Assembly: GCA_019873665.1 (NCBI GenBank) | Contig: JAIOAV010000004.1 | Coordinates: 6,580-70,579 of the forward strand | DNA from: Chloroflexota bacterium | GTDB taxonomy: Bacteria; Chloroflexota; Anaerolineae; JAAYEA01 | DNA length: 64,000 nucleotides | Reading direction: 5' to 3' | Shown: positions 29,529 through 40,047 of the stretch, piece after piece | How positions within the stretch are numbered: the first letter of the stretch is position 1 | Layout: each line of letters opens with the position of its first letter | Translations under genes and position numbers: made by a program | Notes under the pieces: model-generated | Told to the model about the DNA's origin: nothing | The model's input: only the letters and a program-made list of their open reading frames with translations | Databases searched by the model: none

Positions 29529-29563
29529 TTTACTTTTCCCTTTCCGCGTTGCTGAGATATACC

Positions 29564-30790
29564 CTATGCCTTCGCTAACTGGATCTTGCGGATCGCCGTG
29601 GCGATGTCTTCCATATCCCGCTTCTCCGCTAGCAACATGGACTGCGACAGCCATACCGTCTCCTGGCATGCCTTCTCGGTAACCGGGCACGGCACAACCT
29701 GTGGCAGTGATCCCACATCCTGCTGCCACGGGGCGAGCACGCCCGCCTGCTCCGCATAGGCACGGCGCATCCCCGGCGATCTATACAGCGGCTGATAGCC
29801 AGGACTGCAGGGCACTCCCTCTGCGCCCATCAGGTGGATGAACTCCTCCCGACTCAGGCCACCGAATGCCTGCGCGTCGTAGAAGAACATGTAGAGGTGC
29901 CATGCGTGTTGCGTGACGTGTGGATCGCGGGTGCGTGGGGTGATCCCCGGGATTTCTTCCAATAGCTCTGTCAGGTAAGCGGCGTTCTCCTCCCGCTTGG
30001 CGATGTGCTGTGGCAGCCGCTCCAGTTGCGCCAGCAGCACTGCGCCCTGCCATTCGGTCATGCGATAGTTGTAGCCCATATAGTTCTGCTCGTAGCGCGA
30101 GACGCCAGGAACGCGCCCCACGTTATGCAATGCCCACGCCCGCTCATAGAGCGTCGGATCATTGGTAACGATGATGCCACCCTCACCCGCATTGATATTC
30201 TTACTTGCCTGGAAGGAAAAGCCGCCCAGGTCCCCGATGGGGCCAACGCGCTGGCCATTCCATTCAGCGCCCCATGCCTGGCACGCATCCTCGATGACAT
30301 ACAGGTTGTGCCGCTTGGCGACGGCGTTGATGGCGTCCATATTTGCCGGGCAGCCGCCGATATGCACCGGCATCAGCGCCTTCGTGCGGCTGGTGATCGC
30401 CGCCTCGGCGCAGGCAGGATCCAGGTTCAGCGTCCCCGGCTCCACATCGGCAAAAACCGGCGTCGCCCCCACCTTGAAGATCGCGCCAGCAGTCGCCACA
30501 AAGGTGTAGGGCGAGGTGATCACCTCATCGCCGGGGCCGATCCCCAGCGCGCGCAGGGAAAGCTCGAGCGAAGGCGTGCCGCCGGTCACGCAGACGCCAT
30601 ACTTGGCACCCTGAAACGCCGCAAACTTGCCCTCGAACTCGATCACCTTCGGGCCGTTCAGCGTGCCCCACTTGCCAGAGTGAAGTACTTCCAACAGGAG
30701 CTCTTCCTCCCGTTTACCCCACACCGGCCACGACGGCCACTCGGCCGTGCGAACCGGTGTACCCCCATCCACTGCCAGTCTGTCGGACAT
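29564..30790 (-). CDS. DegT/DnrJ/EryC1/StrS PLP aminotransferase
   Basis: PYTFVAT, IEDACQA, FSFQASKN..GEGG, NYRMTE. Confidence 0.93.
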   Translation of the reverse strand: MSDRLAVDGGTPVRTAEWPSWPVWGKREEELLLEVLHSGKWGTLNGPKVIEFEGKFAAFQGAKYGVCVTGGTPSLELSLRALGIGPGDEVITSPYTFVATAGAIFKVGATPVFADVEPGTLNLDPACAEAAITSRTKALMPVHIGGCPANMDAINAVAKRHNLYVIEDACQAWGAEWNGQRVGPIGDLGGFSFQASKNINAGEGGIIVTNDPTLYERAWALHNVGRVPGVSRYEQNYMGYNYRMTEWQGAVLLAQLERLPQHIAKREENAAYLTELLEEIPGITPRTRDPHVTQHAWHLYMFFYDAQAFGGLSREEFIHLMGAEGVPCSPGYQPLYRSPGMRRAYAEQAGVLAPWQQDVGSLPQVVPCPVTEKACQETVWLSQSMLLAEKRDMEDIATAIRKIQLAKA

Positions 30791-30820
30791 CTCGATTCCT
30801 CCTTTGCCATTCACCGAGTG

Positions 30821-31681
30821 CTATTCCGGCTTCTCGTCCGCTCTTCGCTTCATCTCGGCGATGATTTGCTCCCAATATAGTTTCATGAAAGGCGGATGCT
30901 CCAGGCTGTCCAGCGCATAGTAGCGCGTGGCGCGATCCAGCTTGAGCGTCGCCGTGATGATCCCTTCCTCATAGTAACCCGCCTCTGCCAGCGGCAGGCC
31001 AGTGGGGTCCTTGATATACGACTGGCCGCTGGAAGTCTGCGCGCCATCCGGGGATGTGCCCACCGTGTTGGCGACGCAATGGTATATGGCGCTGTTCGGG
31101 CCGGCTGGCTGCTGCGCCCGGCCAGAGATCCGTTTCCAATGCACCGCCTCCAGCGAGTCAGAGCTGCACGACGGCTGGAAGAGGATCTGCGCTCCCGCCA
31201 TCGCCGGCACGCGATAAAGCTCCGGGTGGCGCCCGTCGCGGCAGATGACGAGGGTGCAGGGGATGCCATCAATCTCAAAAAACGCCATCTTGTTGCCACC
31301 GCGGCAGTACTTGCGTTCATCCGCGCCCGCCATGTGCACCTTGGCATACTGGTAGGTGATCTCGCCTGCCGGGTTGATCACGTGCGCCAGGTTGAGGAAG
31401 CGATCATCCGTCGCCTCGATCGTGCCGATGATCACCCAGAGGTTCGCTTCTTGCGCCGCGCGTTGCACCTCAGCCAGTGCCGCGCGCACCTGCTCGCGCG
31501 GCAGGGTGATGAGATAGGGAAAGTAGTAGCTGGTGAGGGTAGCCTCCGGAAAGCAGACGACGCGACTTCCCTCCGCCGCCGCCTCGCGGATAAAGCGCAG
31601 CGTCATCGCCAGGTTGCGCTCCAAGGGCTTGGCCCAATGCATCTGCACACACGAGACCTGCAACACATCAGGTGGGTTCAT
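30821..31681 (-). CDS. Nitrilase-family carbon-nitrogen hydrolase
   Basis: E-K-C triad: FPE, YAKVH, ICRD. Confidence 0.88.
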   Translation of the reverse strand: MNPPDVLQVSCVQMHWAKPLERNLAMTLRFIREAAAEGSRVVCFPEATLTSYYFPYLITLPREQVRAALAEVQRAAQEANLWVIIGTIEATDDRFLNLAHVINPAGEITYQYAKVHMAGADERKYCRGGNKMAFFEIDGIPCTLVICRDGRHPELYRVPAMAGAQILFQPSCSSDSLEAVHWKRISGRAQQPAGPNSAIYHCVANTVGTSPDGAQTSSGQSYIKDPTGLPLAEAGYYEEGIITATLKLDRATRYYALDSLEHPPFMKLYWEQIIAEMKRRADEKPE

Positions 31682-31711
31682 CTCCGCTTGCGCCTCCAGA
31701 TATGAGGGTTC

Positions 31712-33004
31712 TCAGATAGTCAGATAATCCGCATGCGCGACGAAAAGTTCGTCCACCATCTTGCGGATGTCAGGCAGCGCCACCGTGGCGGCCGTCAGCG
31801 GATCGAGCTGCACGGCGCGATAGACCAGCTCGCGATTGCCCGTAAGCAGCGCCTGGACCGCCAGTTCTTGCACATAGATATTGGACGCGTTCAGCGCCGC
31901 CAGCTCCGGCGGCAGCTTGCCAACGTGGCACGGGTGCAGGCCGGTGCCGTTCGCCAGTATGGGCACCTCCACCACGCAATCGGGCGGCAGGTTGGTGATC
32001 AAGCCCGTGTTGCGCACGTTGCCATTGAACGAGAAGGGCGTGTCGGTCTCGATGGCGTTCAGGATAAAGGTGCAATACTCATGTGTCCGCTCAAAGGGGA
32101 TCTCCGCGCCGCTGGCCAGCAGCTCTCGCATCCGCTGAAAGCTCTCATCGCGCTGCGCGCGCCACGCTGCATAGTTCTCCAAGTTCGCCGCGGACGGCGG
32201 CGCATACTGCGCCGTAAGCTCGGGGGTACGGCGAAAGTAAGGCACATATTCGGACATGTGCCGCGTGGACTCGGTTACAAAGTAGCCAAAGTGGCGCATG
32301 ACCTCGAAACGCACCTTGTCGCGGGCATAGATGTCGGGATCCTGCATCGCCTGCCAGAGCATCGGATAGGCATCTTTGCCCTGCCAGGTGAGTTGGAGAA
32401 ACCACGCCATATGATTGATGCCGGCCACCCAGTAGCGCACCTCATCCCGCGGCGCGCCGATGTATTCGGCCAGCCGAAACGCCGTGCCCTGCACACTGTG
32501 GCATAGGCCGACGTTGCGCACCGAGGTCGCCTCGTTCGCCAGCCAGCAGTTCATCGCCATCGGGTTGGTGTACTGGATCACGAGCGCGTCCGGCGTCAAC
32601 TTCTCGACATCGCGCAGGATCTCCAGGATGGCAGGGCCATTCCGCAAGAAATAGAACACGCCGCCGGGGCCCATCGTGTCGGCCACCGAGTGGTCAACGC
32701 CGTACCGCATGGGGATCTCGTGGTCCTTGATAACCCCCTCCACGCCGCCTACGCGGATGGAGATGATCACATAGTCTGCACCCGGCAACACATCGCGACG
32801 GTCCGCGCTCGCCTCGATGCGCGTGTTCGTCCCCGCCTGCTGCGCCATGCGACGTGCTACCGCCGCCATGGTATCGAGCTTCTCCGGGTCAATATCCACG
32901 AGGCCGATGGTGCCATCGCTCAAGGCGGGGAACGTCAGGATGTCGCCGATCAAACGCTTGGCAAAGACCATGCTTCCCGCACCGATCAGGACGATCTTGG
33001 GCAT
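31712..33004 (-). CDS. GH4 NAD-dependent glycosidase (alpha-galactosidase-like)
   Basis: IGAGSMVF, DTMGPGG, YTNPM, GLCHSVQ, GINHM, TESTRHMSEY. Confidence 0.92.
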   Translation of the reverse strand: MPKIVLIGAGSMVFAKRLIGDILTFPALSDGTIGLVDIDPEKLDTMAAVARRMAQQAGTNTRIEASADRRDVLPGADYVIISIRVGGVEGVIKDHEIPMRYGVDHSVADTMGPGGVFYFLRNGPAILEILRDVEKLTPDALVIQYTNPMAMNCWLANEATSVRNVGLCHSVQGTAFRLAEYIGAPRDEVRYWVAGINHMAWFLQLTWQGKDAYPMLWQAMQDPDIYARDKVRFEVMRHFGYFVTESTRHMSEYVPYFRRTPELTAQYAPPSAANLENYAAWRAQRDESFQRMRELLASGAEIPFERTHEYCTFILNAIETDTPFSFNGNVRNTGLITNLPPDCVVEVPILANGTGLHPCHVGKLPPELAALNASNIYVQELAVQALLTGNRELVYRAVQLDPLTAATVALPDIRKMVDELFVAHADYLTI

Positions 33005-33147
33005 ATAGCTCCTTTCCACCGCTGTACATCAGCTTCCGGCCGCAAATGCCCGCGAGCCGGATAACTGCGCCCATTATACTCGGTTTTCGATTCCCGGCTA
33101 TCACAGTGCCCATGCACCGCAACGCTACCACGTCCCCGATGCAGAGA

Positions 33148-33176
33148 TTGGCGCTTCAGGGCAAATCACGTATAAT
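33148..33176 (+). promoter_or_regulatory. Sigma70-like promoter
   Basis: TTGGCG-N17-TATAAT; tandem AATCACGT copies overlap the -10 element. Confidence 0.45.
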
Positions 33177-33233
33177 CACGTGTGGCAACCGACGCTCCAC
33201 GAGCGGCGCGATGTATCCAGCGAAAGGAGCAGA

Positions 33234-33452
33234 ATGGAAAGCACCACCCCCTCGATCTGGGAGACCATCCGGCAATGGCTGCCCTTTATCATCCCCGTCC
33301 TTGTCCTGCAACTGGGACTGCAGATCGTCGCGCTTGTGGACCTGGCGCGGCGAGAGACCACGCGCTGGCCCAAGTGGGTGTGGGCCGTGATCATCATCGC
33401 GGGCGAGATGTTGGGACCGATCCTGTACTTTCTGCTTGGGAGACAGGAATAG
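33234..33452 (+). CDS. PLDc_N-like small membrane protein
   Basis: ALVDL.RR...KWVWAVII...LGPILYFLLGR; AAAGGAG RBS. Confidence 0.85.
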   Translation: MESTTPSIWETIRQWLPFIIPVLVLQLGLQIVALVDLARRETTRWPKWVWAVIIIAGEMLGPILYFLLGRQE

Positions 33453-34397
33453 ATGGCTGCCATCCAGACTGAGGGGCTGGTCAAGACGTTCGGCCGTGTG
33501 CGCGCGCTGGATGGCCTGACGCTCACCGTGGAGCCGGGGACGATCTACGGATTTCTCGGCCCAAACGGCGCGGGCAAGACCACCACCATTCGTATCCTGA
33601 CTGGCCTGGCACGACCCACTGCGGGATGCGCCACAGTGGCCGGCGTAGACGTGGGGCGTGACCACCGCGAGGTGCAGCGCCGCATCGGCTACCTGCCGGA
33701 AGAGCCTGCCTTTTACCCGTGGATGACGCCCCGCGAGTTTCTGGATCATGTGGGACGCGCGTTCGGGCTGCCGAGCCGCGACCGCGCGCGCCGCGCCGAA
33801 GAGCTACTGTCGCTGGTTGGATTAGCAGAGGTCAGCAAGCGGCGCATCGGCGGCTTTTCGCGCGGCATGCGCCAGCGTCTGGGCATCGCGCAGGCGCTGG
33901 TGAACCAGCCGACGGTGCTTTTCCTGGATGAGCCGGCCAGCGCGCTGGATCCGGCGGGGCGCAAAGAGGTGCTCGATCTCATCAGCCGGTTGCGCGGCCA
34001 GGCCACCGTGTTCATGTCCACGCATATCCTGGCGGATGTGGAGCGCGTCTGCGACACGATTGGCATCATCGCTCACGGGCGCATCGTGGCGGAAGCCAAA
34101 CAGGAGGAGTTGCTAGCGCGCTATGCGGTCCCTGCTTTTGAGGTCGAATGCGACCACGGCGCAGAGGCGCGACTCACCGCCTGGGCCGACGCGCTGCAAC
34201 AACGCTCCTGGGTAGACAGCGCCGCCGTCAATGGCGCTGTCGCTCACATCGTGGTCAACGACATCGAGATCGCCAAGCGCGAGCTTCTCCGCTCCGCTGT
34301 CGCCGCGGACCTGGTGCTGACGCACTATGCGATGGTGCGGCCATCGCTGGAGGATGTCTTTCTGCGGCTGGTCGGAGAAGGGAGGGCAACATCATGA
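33453..34397 (+). CDS. ABC transporter ATP-binding protein
   Basis: GPNGAGKT, FSRGMRQR, FLDEP, STH. Confidence 0.95.
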   Translation: MAAIQTEGLVKTFGRVRALDGLTLTVEPGTIYGFLGPNGAGKTTTIRILTGLARPTAGCATVAGVDVGRDHREVQRRIGYLPEEPAFYPWMTPREFLDHVGRAFGLPSRDRARRAEELLSLVGLAEVSKRRIGGFSRGMRQRLGIAQALVNQPTVLFLDEPASALDPAGRKEVLDLISRLRGQATVFMSTHILADVERVCDTIGIIAHGRIVAEAKQEELLARYAVPAFEVECDHGAEARLTAWADALQQRSWVDSAAVNGAVAHIVVNDIEIAKRELLRSAVAADLVLTHYAMVRPSLEDVFLRLVGEGRATS

Positions 34398-35152
34398 TCC
34401 TCGGCGTCGCACTGCGCAAGGAGCTCCTGGAGCAATGGCGGACACACCGCCTCCTGGTGCTGGCCGTGGTATTTGTCCTGATGGGGCTTATCTCACCTCT
34501 TCTGGCCAAGCTCACGCCAGAGTTGTTGCGGCTCATCCCCGGCGGCGATCAGTTCGTGCCGCTGATCCCGCCGCCCACGGCGGCGGATGCGGTGGCACAG
34601 TATGTCAAGAACATCAGCCAGTTTGGCATCATCTTGGCGCTTCTGCTGGCGATGGGCGCGGTGGCCGGAGAGAAGGACAGGGGCACGGCGGCGTTGATGC
34701 TGGCCAAGCCGTTTCCACGGGGCGCGTTCCTCCTGGCCAAGTTCGGCGCGCTGGCGCTCACCTTCCTCGTCAGCCTCATCGTCGCGGGTATCGTAGGATA
34801 CTATTATACCCTGCTGCTCTTCACAGCGCTGCCGCCGGGCGGCTGGCTGGCGCTGAACGCGCTAGTGTGGCTCTGGTTGCTCGTGTATCTGGCGCTGACC
34901 CTGTTTTGCAGCACGATCACCCGCTCGCAGGCGGCAGCCGGGGGACTGGCCTTTGGCTTTCTGGTCATCCTGTCGCTGCTCGGATCACTCCCCAGGGTCG
35001 GGGAGTATCTGCCGGGACAACTGCTGAACTGGGGCAGCGCGCTGGCGCTGGGCAGCACGCGCAGCGCCTGGCCCGCGGTCGCGGTCAGCGTTGGCCTCAT
35101 TGCGCTATCCCTGCTCGCCGCCTGGCTCCTCTTCCGCCGTCAGGAGCTATAG
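34394..35152 (+). CDS. ABC-2 type permease
   Basis: Six hydrophobic segments, GEKDRGT; ATGA overlap with the ATPase gene. Confidence 0.9.
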   Translation: MILGVALRKELLEQWRTHRLLVLAVVFVLMGLISPLLAKLTPELLRLIPGGDQFVPLIPPPTAADAVAQYVKNISQFGIILALLLAMGAVAGEKDRGTAALMLAKPFPRGAFLLAKFGALALTFLVSLIVAGIVGYYYTLLLFTALPPGGWLALNALVWLWLLVYLALTLFCSTITRSQAAAGGLAFGFLVILSLLGSLPRVGEYLPGQLLNWGSALALGSTRSAWPAVAVSVGLIALSLLAAWLLFRRQEL

Positions 35153-35203
35153 AGGGACAGCCGCATTGTCATTCAATTGCTCATCTTGTAGAAAGGAACT
35201 CGA

Positions 35204-36724
35204 ATGAAACGTGCTCTGCTGAGTGTCTGGGACAAGACAGGACTGGTTGATCTAGCCCGCGGCTTATCTGGCTTGGGATATGAGCTGATCTCCACTGGCG
35301 GCACCGCCCGCACCTTACGGGAGGCGGGCCTGCCGGTGGTGGAGGTGGCCGAGGTAACCCGCTTTCCCGAGATCCTGGATGGCCGCGTCAAGACGTTGCA
35401 TCCTGCCATCCATGGCGGCATTCTGGCGCAGCGCACCGAATCGCATCTCGCCGAACTGGCGCGCCATGGAATCACGCCAATTGACCTAGTCGTCGTCAAC
35501 CTGTATCCCTTCGAGGCCACCGTTGCCAACCCGGACACGACGCTAGCAAAGGCGATCGAGCAGATCGACATCGGCGGCGTCACGCTGCTGCGCGCAGCGG
35601 GCAAGAACCACGCCTACGTCGCCGTTGTGGTGGATCCGCGTGATTACGAGCCGATCCTGGCCGAGTTGCAACAGCATGGCACTGTGTCAGCCGAGACCCG
35701 GCAACGTCTCGCCATCAAGGCGTTCCGCCACGCAGCGAACTATGATATCGCCATCGCCAATTATCTGGAGCATCGCCTGGGCGGCAACGGCAGCCTGTTC
35801 CCTTCCGTGCTGCAGCTCTCCATCCCCAAGCTGGAGGATCTGCGATATGGCGAGAATCCGCACCAGTTGGCGGCAGTCTATGGCGCGAGTCCGCTGGGTG
35901 GGCGGCTGCTGCTGGGCGAATCGCTCTCCTATAACAATCTGCTAGACATTGACGCAGCGTGGCGGACGGCGACAGACTTTGTCGAGCCGACCATCGCCAT
36001 CATCAAGCACAACACTCCCTGCGGCGTTGCCAGCGACGATGATCTGGTCGTCGCCTTCAAGCGGGCGCTGGCCACCGATCCGGTGTCGGCGTTCGGTGGC
36101 ATCATCGCCGTGAATCGGCCGCTGGACGAGCGCATTGTGGCCGCGTTTGGCGACCTGATGCTGGATGGCCTGGCCGCGCCCGCAGTGACGCCGGCAGCGC
36201 TGGAGATGCTGCGCAAGCGCAAGCGCCTGCGCCTTATCGAAATCCCACTCGACAGCGCCGAGATCCTGCCATGGGACATCCGCACTGTGCACGGCAACAT
36301 CGTCACGCAACAACGCGACCGTATGCCGGAGGATGAAAGCGCCTGGAAGGTGGTTACGCAGCGCGCGCCAACGGCAGAAGAGTGGGAAGGACTGCGCTTT
36401 GGCTGGCGCGTCGCCAAGCATGTCAAGTCCAATGCCATCGTGCTGGGCCGCGGCAAGGCCACCATCGGCATCGGCGCGGGGCAAATGAGCCGCGTGGATT
36501 CGGTCAAGATTGCCATCATGAAGGCACAGCAGGATGTCGCAGGCAGCGTGATGGCCTCTGATGCGTTCTTCCCGTTTGTCGACGGGATCGAGGAGGCCGC
36601 CAAGGCCGGCATTACGGCCGTCATCGAGCCTGGCGGCTCGCTGCGCGACGCCGACGCCATCGCGGCGGCGAACGCTCACCAGATGGCAATGGTATTCACC
36701 GGCACGCGGCATTTCCGACACTAG
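35204..36724 (+). CDS. purH: AICAR transformylase/IMP cyclohydrolase
   Basis: RALLSVWDK, GRVKTLHP, IDIGG, LRYGENPHQ, GQMSRVDS, TGTRHFRH. Confidence 0.97.
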   Translation: MKRALLSVWDKTGLVDLARGLSGLGYELISTGGTARTLREAGLPVVEVAEVTRFPEILDGRVKTLHPAIHGGILAQRTESHLAELARHGITPIDLVVVNLYPFEATVANPDTTLAKAIEQIDIGGVTLLRAAGKNHAYVAVVVDPRDYEPILAELQQHGTVSAETRQRLAIKAFRHAANYDIAIANYLEHRLGGNGSLFPSVLQLSIPKLEDLRYGENPHQLAAVYGASPLGGRLLLGESLSYNNLLDIDAAWRTATDFVEPTIAIIKHNTPCGVASDDDLVVAFKRALATDPVSAFGGIIAVNRPLDERIVAAFGDLMLDGLAAPAVTPAALEMLRKRKRLRLIEIPLDSAEILPWDIRTVHGNIVTQQRDRMPEDESAWKVVTQRAPTAEEWEGLRFGWRVAKHVKSNAIVLGRGKATIGIGAGQMSRVDSVKIAIMKAQQDVAGSVMASDAFFPFVDGIEEAAKAGITAVIEPGGSLRDADAIAAANAHQMAMVFTGTRHFRH

Positions 36725-36776
36725 TTCACACCGTGGGCAAAAGCACTACCCACCTTCACCCGCTAGGAGGCTCAAC

Positions 36777-38057
36777 ATGCCTGGTACACTCGTCCTCGGC
36801 GCTCAGTGGGGCGACGAGGGAAAAGGAAAGATCACCGATCTGCTCGCCTCGCAAGTGGATGCGGTCGCACGCTACCAGGGAGGAGATAACGCCGGCCACA
36901 CGGTCGTTGTCGGCCAAGAGACTTTCAAGTTGCACCTCATCCCCTCTGGTATCCTGTACCCCAAGGTGACCTGCTTTCTGGGAAACGGCGTCGTCATCAA
37001 CCCGGCAAGGCTGCTAGAGGAGATGGCGCAACTCGCCGCGCGAGGCGTTGATATTTCGCCCAGCCGACTCAAGATCAGCGATCGGGCGCACTTGGTCATG
37101 CCGTACCACCCTGTGCTGGACAAAGCATCCGAGGCGAGCCTGGGGCGCAGCGCCATCGGCACCACCGGCCGCGGCATTGGCCCGGCGTATGTGGATAAAG
37201 CGGCGCGGCAGGGGATCCGCGTGCATCAAATGCTCCGCGATGATTTCGCCTCGCGTGTGCGCGAGGCAGTAGAAGCCAAGAACAAGGTGCTGCAAGGACT
37301 GTATGGCCTGCCGCCGTTGGATGCAGGACAGATCGCCGACCAATACGCCGGCTACGCGGCGCAGCTCCGCCCCCACATCGCTGACGTGTCGCGCGCGCTG
37401 GATGATATCTACCGCCACGGGCGGCACATCCTATACGAGGGGGCGCAGGGCACGCTGCTCGATGTGGACCACGGCACTTATCCCTACGTTACCAGCTCTT
37501 CACCGACGGTGGGTGGCGTCTTTACCGGACTGGGTATCGGCCCTCAGCATCTGGATCGCGTCCTCGCCGCGGCCAAGGCATACCAGACACGTGTCGGCGC
37601 GGGGCCATTCCCCACCGAACTACTGGACGCGATCGGCGACCGAATGGTGGAACAGGGGCAGGAGTTCGGCACGACCACGGGCCGGCGGCGGCGCACCGGC
37701 TGGCTGGATATGGTGACGCTGCGCTACTCGGCGCGCCTCAACGGCATCCAGGAAATCGCCCTGACCAAGTTGGACGTGCTCTCCGGGCTGAACATGCTGA
37801 AGGTGTGCGTCGCATATCGGCGACGGGGCGAGCGACTGGAGGATTTCCCCGCCGACCTCGAGGTGCTCGCGGAATGCGAGCCTGTCTATGTGGAGAGCAA
37901 GGGGTGGGAGGAGGATCTCAGCCAGGCAAAGGAGATGAGCGATTTGCCGCCAGAAGCGCAAGATTATGTCAAGCTCATCGAGGACAGCCTGGGGTTGCCG
38001 ATCACTCTGGTTTCTGTCGGCCCAGATCGTGAGCAGACGATCCACCGAACGGCATAG
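36777..38057 (+). CDS. purA: Adenylosuccinate synthetase
   Basis: QWGDEGKGK, GGDNAGHT, GTTGRGIGP, EGAQG, GTTTGRRRR. Confidence 0.97.
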   Translation: MPGTLVLGAQWGDEGKGKITDLLASQVDAVARYQGGDNAGHTVVVGQETFKLHLIPSGILYPKVTCFLGNGVVINPARLLEEMAQLAARGVDISPSRLKISDRAHLVMPYHPVLDKASEASLGRSAIGTTGRGIGPAYVDKAARQGIRVHQMLRDDFASRVREAVEAKNKVLQGLYGLPPLDAGQIADQYAGYAAQLRPHIADVSRALDDIYRHGRHILYEGAQGTLLDVDHGTYPYVTSSSPTVGGVFTGLGIGPQHLDRVLAAAKAYQTRVGAGPFPTELLDAIGDRMVEQGQEFGTTTGRRRRTGWLDMVTLRYSARLNGIQEIALTKLDVLSGLNMLKVCVAYRRRGERLEDFPADLEVLAECEPVYVESKGWEEDLSQAKEMSDLPPEAQDYVKLIEDSLGLPITLVSVGPDREQTIHRTA

Positions 38058-38107
38058 AGCTCGCCGCAGCGCCCTGGACCGCTGCCATCTGAATGGAGGT
38101 TTTGCCC

Positions 38108-38773
38108 ATGCTACCGCGCGTGATCCTGCACAGTGGCGCGAGCGTGGATGGGCGGCTGGACTGCCCCACACTCGATGTCGGCCTCTACTATGAGCTGACG
38201 GGAACATGGGACGCGGAAGCGATCCTCTCCGGCAGCAACACCATCCTCGCAGCATTCGCCGAGATGGCCGCCTCAGTCCCCGAAGAGCCGCTGCCCGAGC
38301 CGGGCGCGAATGACACCCGTCCGTGGCTCGTGATCGTAGACAGCCGCGGGCGGCTGCCGGAGCTGGCGCCGGTGCGTCGCCAGCCGTACTGGCGCGACGT
38401 CATCATCCTTTGCTCTCGCGCCACACCGCCATCTCATCTGCGCCGCCTGGAGGAGCAAGGCGTGACGTATATCATCGCCGGAGACGAGCGGGTTGACCTC
38501 CAGCTTGCGTTGGAGACGCTGCACGCGCGTTTTGGCGTGCGCACCGTGCGGGTGGATAGCGGCGGCGTGCTGAACGGCGCGCTCCTCCGTGCCCGATTGG
38601 TGGATGAGGTGAGTGTGCTGATCAGCCCCTGCCTTGTGGGCGGCACGACGCCGCGCTCGCTCTTTGTCGCGCCCGACCTCACGACTCCTGATGGAGCGAT
38701 CCCATTGCGCCTGGTGGACGTCCAATGGCTGCGGGGCGACACTGTCTGGCTGCGGTACCACATAGCCAAGTAG
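38108..38773 (+). CDS. RibD C-terminal/DHFR-fold reductase
   Basis: SVDGRL, IVDSRGR, VDSGGVLN, LVDEVSVLISP. Confidence 0.85.
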   Translation: MLPRVILHSGASVDGRLDCPTLDVGLYYELTGTWDAEAILSGSNTILAAFAEMAASVPEEPLPEPGANDTRPWLVIVDSRGRLPELAPVRRQPYWRDVIILCSRATPPSHLRRLEEQGVTYIIAGDERVDLQLALETLHARFGVRTVRVDSGGVLNGALLRARLVDEVSVLISPCLVGGTTPRSLFVAPDLTTPDGAIPLRLVDVQWLRGDTVWLRYHIAK

Positions 38774-38855
38774 GAGGCAAGATCACGCTGTCGGGCACGA
38801 TGATACCAGGACGTGCATTATGCCACCAGTATTGCCGTGGCGTGGATGGTGCAGG

Positions 38856-39317
38856 ATGACTGACACGGGCATTGTCGTCCGCCCCTTTCGGCCCACAGAC
38901 CAGACAGCAGCGCAGGAACTGATCCTCTCAGGGCTGGCCGAGCGCTGGGGTCATCTCGACCCCGCCAAGAACCCGGACCTGGACGATATCGCCACCGCAT
39001 ACGCCGCTGGGACCTTTCTGCTAGCCTGGGATGGAGACGAGATTGTGGGCACGGGGGCGCTGATCCATGAGGCGGAGGGGATGGCGCGCATCGTGCGCAT
39101 GTCCGTCGCCGCTGCTAGACGACGCCAAGGCATCGGCAGCCTCATCTTGCGCCATCTGCTGGCGGCGGCGCGCGCCGCGGGTTACCGACAGGTCACGTTG
39201 GAGACAACCAGCACGTGGCATGACGCCATCGCCTTTTACGAGCGGCACGGCTTTCGCCAGATCGGCGCATGGGACGGGGACACGCACTTTGTCCTCGACC
39301 TTGGCGAGGGTGTATGA
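38856..39317 (+). CDS. GNAT acetyltransferase
   Basis: RRRQGIGS motif A; [10 protein letters not shown]. Confidence 0.88.
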   Translation: MTDTGIVVRPFRPTDQTAAQELILSGLAERWGHLDPAKNPDLDDIATAYAAGTFLLAWDGDEIVGTGALIHEAEGMARIVRMSVAAARRRQGIGSLILRHLLAAARAAGYRQVTLETTSTWHDAIAFYERHGFRQIGAWDGDTHFVLDLGEGV

Positions 39318-39361
39318 TCACCGAGTCGGCCGCACCTATCATGAAAGAATTGGAGGCTGCC

Positions 39362-40027
39362 ATGCACCAAGGAAATCAGATCCCCCTGACATATCACGAG
39401 TATCCCGCCGAGGAAATGCGAGAGCGTGCCTGCGCGTTCTATGCCGAGATGCGGCGGCGGCGCAGCGTGCGCCAGTTCAGCCCGCGGCCCGTGTCACCAG
39501 AGGTGATCGCCGATTGCCTGCGGGCCGCCGGGACAGCCCCCAGCGGCGCGAATATGCAGCCTTGGCATTTCGTTGTCATCACCGATCCCGCGGTCAAGCG
39601 GCAGATTCGTGAGGCCGCCGAGGCAGAGGAACAGGAATTCTATCGCCGACGCGCGTCGCAAGAGTGGCTTGACGCGCTGGCGCCGCTGCAGACAAACGCG
39701 CAAAAGCCCTTCCTGGAAGCCGCACCGTGCCTGATCGCCATCTTTGCCCAACCGCATCGCGTGACGCCAACGGGAGAGACGATCAAGCACTATTACGTCA
39801 ACCAGTCAGTGGGTATCGCCACTGGCATCCTGCTCGCCGCCGTGCATCACGCAGGACTGGTCGCGCTCACTTACACTCCCAGCCGCATGGCATTTCTCAA
39901 CCAGCTCCTGCACCGCCCAAGCTACGAACGCCCCTTCCTGCTCCTCGTGGTCGGCTATCCGGCGGCAGATGCTACTGTCCCCGCCATCGGCAAGAAACCG
40001 TTGGAAGAGATCGCCACATTCATCTAG
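39362..40027 (+). CDS. Iodotyrosine deiodinase-like nitroreductase
   Basis: [43 protein letters not shown]. Alternative start at 39314. Confidence 0.85.
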   Translation: MHQGNQIPLTYHEYPAEEMRERACAFYAEMRRRRSVRQFSPRPVSPEVIADCLRAAGTAPSGANMQPWHFVVITDPAVKRQIREAAEAEEQEFYRRRASQEWLDALAPLQTNAQKPFLEAAPCLIAIFAQPHRVTPTGETIKHYYVNQSVGIATGILLAAVHHAGLVALTYTPSRMAFLNQLLHRPSYERPFLLLVVGYPAADATVPAIGKKPLEEIATFI

Positions 40028-40047
40028 CCTGATCTGCGAGGTGAGAC

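Noticed and set aside
35153-35203. Purine or ZTP riboswitch upstream of purH
   Set aside because: The intergenic region is only about 50 bp, with no recognisable aptamer.
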